DNA from: Halorussus marinus
Lineage (GTDB): Archaea > Halobacteriota > Halobacteria > Halobacteriales > Haladaptataceae
Length of the DNA: 64,000 nt
Direction of reading: 5' to 3'
NCBI RefSeq assembly: GCF_004765795.1
Contig: NZ_SBIV01000006.1
Coordinates: 124,001-188,000, forward strand
Part shown: positions 59,669 through 64,000 of the stretch, piece by piece
Numbering within the stretch: the stretch's first letter is position 1
How the letters are laid out: every line of letters begins with the position of its first letter
The notes under the pieces: generated by a model
Database searches by the model: none
Seen by the model: only the letters and a program-made list of their open reading frames with translations
What the model was told of the DNA's origin: nothing
Position numbers and translations under genes: made by a program

Positions 59669-60325
59669 ATGGCAGACGGACTCGTCGACGCCCTCCGCGA
59701 CCGGATCGGGTTCCGCTCGGCGCTCGTCGGCGTCGGCGTTCTCGTGGTGCTCCGGACGGTCCTCGACGTCTCGATCGCACAGTTGGCGACCACGGCCGCG
59801 ACCGGGGCGATTCTCGCGCTCTCGAAGGTGGTCGAGGACGCCTACGACCTCCGATCGAGCGTTCGGGGGCTCGGCCTCGGCGTCGCGGCGATCGTCTACG
59901 GCGGCGCGCTCCTCGCGTTCGACGACGGCGACGCGTGGCTGTCCGTGGTGTTCCTGCTGGCGGGGACGTGGCTGGTCGCGGACGCGATCCAGACGCTCCG
60001 CCACGACGGTCTCGTCGAGCCCGAGACGCCCCGCGACGGCACCGAGGTGTACCGGACGTACGTGACGCGTCGGGTTCACGAGACGCTCGACGAGCGCCCG
60101 CGGACCCGACGCGAACTGTCGGAGGCCCTCGACGCCGACGAGCGCGACATCGACCGGGCGCTCGACGCACTCGGCGAGCGGGGCGTCCTCGAACGCACCG
60201 GTAGCGAGCTACGAATCGTCTCCACAGATCCCACGACGTTCGAAACCGCCCGCGACGGGGTCCGGTCGGGCGTCGACCGACTGGCGCGACCGATCGCGCT
60301 GGAACTGGAGACCGACGAGGAGTGA
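59669..60325 (+). CDS. Membrane protein with C-terminal winged-helix domain
   Basis: Four TMs then T..ELSEAL....RDIDRALDAL.ERGVL. Confidence 0.7.
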   Translation: MADGLVDALRDRIGFRSALVGVGVLVVLRTVLDVSIAQLATTAATGAILALSKVVEDAYDLRSSVRGLGLGVAAIVYGGALLAFDDGDAWLSVVFLLAGTWLVADAIQTLRHDGLVEPETPRDGTEVYRTYVTRRVHETLDERPRTRRELSEALDADERDIDRALDALGERGVLERTGSELRIVSTDPTTFETARDGVRSGVDRLARPIALELETDEE

Positions 60326-60349
60326 GCCGGCGGGGCCGTGCCCGCGCGA

Positions 60350-61459
60350 TCAGCCCCCGAGGACGGCCCGGTAGCGCTCGCCGGCGGGGGTCTCGGCCTC
60401 GATCGCTCGTCGGATTCGCTCGGGCACCCACTCCTCGCCGCCGTCCCCGCCGAGCGACTCCGGGAGGTACCGCCGGTAGACGGGGAGGCGCTCGCGCAGG
60501 AGCACGCCCGCCTCGTCGGCGATGGCTTCGAGTTCCCGGAGGGCGGGCCACTCGTAGTCGGGGTTGATGTGGTCGTCGGTGATCGGCGAGACCCCGCCCA
60601 GATCGTCGACGCCGCAGTCGAGCAGTTCGCGGGTCGGCGAGAGGTTCGGCGGCACCTGCACCGAGACCTCCGCCGGGAGGCAGTGGCGGGCCATCGCAAC
60701 CGTCCGTCGCATCGTCTCGACCGACGGCCGCTCGAAGGTCGACCGCTCGTTGGGGACGACGTTCTGGACGATGACCTCCTGTACGTGGCCGTACCGCTCG
60801 TGGAGGTCGCGGATCGCGAGCAGGCTCTCGGCCCGGTCGCGCCACGCCTCGCCGATGCCGACGAGCAGTCCCGTCGTGAACGGGACGCCGAGTTCGCCCG
60901 CCGTCCGGAGCGTGTCGAGGCGCTGGCCCGGCGACTTCCTGCGGGGGCCGGCGTGGGCGTCTACGTCCGCGGTCGTCTCCAGCATCACCCCCATCGAGGC
61001 GTTGACGTCCGCGACGGCCGCCATCTGCTCGCGGGTCTGGTCGCCGGGGTTGCTGTGGGGCAACAGCCCCACGTCGAGCGCGATCTCACAGACCTCCCGG
61101 AGGTAGGTGTGGATCGAGTCGTGGCCCCACTCCTCGAGCTGGCCGTGGATCCGGTCGTAGCGGTCGTCGGGGTCGTCGCCGAACGTGAAAAGCGCCTCGG
61201 TACAGCCCGCGTCCGCGCCGGTTTCGAGGATCTCTCGGACCTCCTCGGGCGACAGTAGCGAGGCCTCGCCCGGCGGATCGAAGTACGTGCAGTAGGTGCA
61301 GGTGTACCGGCAGGCCGTCGTCAGCGGGACGAAGACGTTCTTCGCGAACGTGAGTTCGTCGGCCGGTTCGACGTCTTCGGGGCCGACCTCGAGCAGTTCG
61401 GCCACCGTCGGTTCGTCGAACGCGAGGTCGATGTCGTACTCGTCGGCCCCGGGAATCAT
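60350..61459 (-). CDS. cofG: FO synthase subunit CofG
   Basis: CRYTCTYC, LPHSNPG, NASMG.MLE, FTTGLLVGIGE, QVPPNL, DHINP. Confidence 0.95.
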   Translation of the reverse strand: MIPGADEYDIDLAFDEPTVAELLEVGPEDVEPADELTFAKNVFVPLTTACRYTCTYCTYFDPPGEASLLSPEEVREILETGADAGCTEALFTFGDDPDDRYDRIHGQLEEWGHDSIHTYLREVCEIALDVGLLPHSNPGDQTREQMAAVADVNASMGVMLETTADVDAHAGPRRKSPGQRLDTLRTAGELGVPFTTGLLVGIGEAWRDRAESLLAIRDLHERYGHVQEVIVQNVVPNERSTFERPSVETMRRTVAMARHCLPAEVSVQVPPNLSPTRELLDCGVDDLGGVSPITDDHINPDYEWPALRELEAIADEAGVLLRERLPVYRRYLPESLGGDGGEEWVPERIRRAIEAETPAGERYRAVLGG

Positions 61460-61495
61460 CGTCCCGTCGTTGCGCGCCGGCCCGGAAAACGGTTG

Positions 61496-62143
61496 CTACT
61501 CCCGGACGACGCCGACCCGGCTCTCGTCGCCCGCGAGTTCGAACCCCGCGGCGTCGAGCCACTCGTACGACCGCCTCTCCGTCGGAGCCCCGTCGGCGTT
61601 CGGCGGCTCGCTCGCGCCGTGGATCAGCACCTCCGCAAGGTCCTCGCGCTCGTCGACGTCGGTCGCGAGCCGGTGGGAGTCCACGACGTCTACGCTCGCC
61701 CCGACCTCGCGTGCGATCCGGCGGTGATCGAGATACGACGTGCCGTGGTAGTCGACCCTGAACCCGGGGTGGCGGGCCACCAGCGCGTTCGTGCCGCCGC
61801 CGCGTCCGGGGACGAGCGCGACCCCCGCGTCGGCCTCGAACAGGTCGGCCAGCGCCTCGGGCGTCGCCAGCGCGAGGTCGGCCATGACGACCGCGACCGC
61901 GCCGTCGGTCCCGGCCAGCGCGGCGTTGACCGCCGGGGTGAGCGGCCGCTCGTCGACCGTGACCGGCGCGTCGACGTCGACCGGCGCGGTCGCGAGCACC
62001 TCGGGCTCGCGGCCCGCCCCGCGGACCGCCGCCAGCACGTCTTCGAGCATCGCCGCCGCGAACGACGCCCGCTCGGCCGGCGAGAGGACGCCCTCCAGAC
62101 GGGTCTTTGGCTCGCGGGCGGCGTACGGCACCACGACTCTCAT
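61496..62143 (-). CDS. cofC: 2-phospho-L-lactate (PEP) guanylyltransferase
   Basis: KTRL, ML.DV, MADL, GGGTNAL, S...H, D.DE..DL. Confidence 0.92.
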   Translation of the reverse strand: MRVVVPYAAREPKTRLEGVLSPAERASFAAAMLEDVLAAVRGAGREPEVLATAPVDVDAPVTVDERPLTPAVNAALAGTDGAVAVVMADLALATPEALADLFEADAGVALVPGRGGGTNALVARHPGFRVDYHGTSYLDHRRIAREVGASVDVVDSHRLATDVDEREDLAEVLIHGASEPPNADGAPTERRSYEWLDAAGFELAGDESRVGVVRE

Positions 62144-62224
62144 GCGTTCGGACTGCGTCGGCCGTCGCTTAAGAGACTACGGAAACGGATCGGAGAGCGG
62201 GTCGGAAAACGAAGCTCGCGTCGG

Positions 62225-63016
62225 TCAGCCCAGTTTGTCGTAGCTGTCCTGCTGGGAGCGGTACCACAGCGCGCCGCCGATGATCGCGACCAGCACGACG
62301 AGGCCGATCCCGCCGTACAGCAGCATCTGGGTCTGTTGGTTCGACTCGGCCGCGGAGTTTGCGGTCTCCTCGGCGTCGCCCGCGAGGTCGGTCGCCAGTT
62401 CGAAGTTCTCGCCGTCGAACGCCGAGACCGCGCTGTCGAACTGGTCTCGGGCCTCCGAGACGTCGGCGCCCGAGTCCTCGGCGTCCGCGATCGCGGCGTC
62501 GGCGTCGTCGAGCGCCGAGCGGGCCTCGTCGCTTTCGGTCGTGTACGGCCGGAACTGCCAGCTCTCGATCGCCTGCGAGGCGCCGCCGTCGCGGGCCTGG
62601 TCCAGCTCCGCGAGCAGGGCCTGCTGTGGCGGGGCGTAGCTGAAGTTACCCGGGTTGGCGACGGTTCCCTCGACGGTGACCTCGACTTCGTTGGCGTTCG
62701 AGTCGGTCGACAGCGAGTGGTTGAACGACTGACCGTCGTAGGACTCCTGTCCGACCTTGTCGTCGGCCTGATCATAGAGTTTGACCGTCCAGGTCACGCC
62801 TTCGAGTTCGGTCGCGCCGTTGAGCGTCCACTCCTCGTACTCGCTGAACGGCTGTTCGAGCGTGAAGGTCGCGGTCACGTCCTCGCCGACCTCCGCCTCG
62901 CTCGGGGCGTCGCTGGACGCGACCGACACGACGGCCGCGGCCGGCGCGACTGCCGAGACGACCAGCGTGGTCGCCAGCAGGAGCGTCAGGAGCTTAGAAG
63001 AGTGGTTCGAGTTCAT
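62225..63016 (-). CDS. Surface protein with signal peptide and C-terminal TM anchor, overlapping the cetZ stop
   Basis: N-terminal hydrophobic signal, beta domain, helical stalk, TM, YDKLG tail; 23-nt overlap. Confidence 0.8.
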   Translation of the reverse strand: MNSNHSSKLLTLLLATTLVVSAVAPAAAVVSVASSDAPSEAEVGEDVTATFTLEQPFSEYEEWTLNGATELEGVTWTVKLYDQADDKVGQESYDGQSFNHSLSTDSNANEVEVTVEGTVANPGNFSYAPPQQALLAELDQARDGGASQAIESWQFRPYTTESDEARSALDDADAAIADAEDSGADVSEARDQFDSAVSAFDGENFELATDLAGDAEETANSAAESNQQTQMLLYGGIGLVVLVAIIGGALWYRSQQDSYDKLG

Positions 63017-64000
63017 CATCATCGTCCTCGACGAGTTCTTCGAGGTTCTCTTCGCTCTCCTGGCGGATGTCGTCGATGTTGTCTTGGGCCTCGATGGCGA
63101 CCTCCTGAAGCTCCTTGATGCGCGGGACGTTGTTCACGCCCGACAGGAGGATGACGCTCGCGACGTAGTCGGAATCGGCGACCGGGTAGTCGCCACCCCG
63201 AACCTCCATCGACCCGGTCTGGTCCTCGAGCCACTTCCGCCCGCGCTCTATGCCTTTCCGATTGAGGTGCTGGGGCGGACCGCTCATCACGAGCAGGGCG
63301 CGCTCGGTGCCCTCGATCTCGCATGGGAGGGTGAGTCGGCCGAGCGCGGCCTTCCGGACGAGGCTGGTGATCCGGTTGGTGGTGTTTGCGGTGTCGGTCG
63401 GCTCCTCGTCGCCGCCGGTGAACCGCGACAGCAGGCCGCTGCCCGAACTGTTGGTCTCGACTTCCTCGGCGGCGTAGCCGATGGTCGAGACGCCGCCGCC
63501 GGCCAGCGTGTTGATGATCTCGCTGGAGTCGACGACGCTCTCGGCGACTTCGTCGTTGCCGCCGATTTCGCCCGCCCCGAACAGGATGCCGAACCGCCGG
63601 ACGATCTCCTCGTTGATCTCTGCGTAGCCGCTCTCGATGGACTCGCCCGACTGGCGCCACGCGTCGTTGTCGAACACCATCAGGTTGTCCACTTCGCGGA
63701 CGAACGTCTGGAACGACCGGGCGGCGTTCAGCGTGTAGATGCCCCCCTCGTCGCTGCCGGGCAGGATGCCCAGCCCGTACACCGGTTCGGTGTAGATGCG
63801 CTTGAGGTGCTTGGCCAGCACCGGGGCACCCCCGGAACCGGTCCCCCCGCCCATCCCTGCGATAATGAGGAACGCGTCGACTTCGTGGACAGGGATGTTG
63901 TCGACCGCACCCTGCACTTCGTCGATGTCCTCCTCGGCGATTTCCGCGCCGAGTTCGTTGTCAGCGCCGACGCCGTGACCCTTGACGCGGGACTGGCCGA
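62994..64000 (-). CDS. cetZ1: Tubulin/FtsZ-family CetZ protein (5' part outside window)
   Basis: GHGVGADNELG, GGGTGSG signature, FDNDAW, VVDSSEIINTL; next to cofC/cofG. Confidence 0.88.
   Translation of the reverse strand, partial: GQSRVKGHGVGADNELGAEIAEEDIDEVQGAVDNIPVHEVDAFLIIAGMGGGTGSGGAPVLAKHLKRIYTEPVYGLGILPGSDEGGIYTLNAARSFQTFVREVDNLMVFDNDAWRQSGESIESGYAEINEEIVRRFGILFGAGEIGGNDEVAESVVDSSEIINTLAGGGVSTIGYAAEEVETNSSGSGLLSRFTGGDEEPTDTANTTNRITSLVRKAALGRLTLPCEIEGTERALLVMSGPPQHLNRKGIERGRKWLEDQTGSMEVRGGDYPVADSDYVASVILLSGVNNVPRIKELQEVAIEAQDNIDDIRQESEENLEELVEDDDDELEPLF

Noticed and set aside
1..64000. CRISPR array, transposase or prophage
   Set aside because: No regularly spaced repeats and no cas, transposase or viral genes recognised.

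Overview
High-GC haloarchaeal (Halobacteria) chromosomal window; proteins are very acidic and many genes appear leaderless. Contents: GTPBP1-family GTPase, an mch operon, a 1994-aa PGF-CTERM-anchored subtilase, tRNA-Gly(GCC), the S10/spc-like ribosomal protein cluster (SPOUT methyltransferase, rpl3 to rpl15, then secY), nucS, a K+ channel, an ABC pair, all three archaeosine genes (tgtA, arcS, raSEA), purQ/S/U/C, cofH/G/C and the 3' part of cetZ1. Near an aldehyde:ferredoxin oxidoreductase there is a ubiquitin-like/sulfur-carrier cluster: a SAMP3-like protein, a second GG-ending protein and a CC-ending MoaD-like protein. I see no CRISPR array, integrase or transposase. Most notable: (i) short palindromic GA/GNA-loop DNA segments both in frame inside housekeeping genes and in intergenic spacers; (ii) the Ubl/AOR cluster; (iii) a candidate shared purine operator and RBS-occluding leaders; (iv) structured, codon-atypical segments inside the SPOUT and rnp1 genes. 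All family assignments come from motif recognition by eye and from memory, not from database searches.
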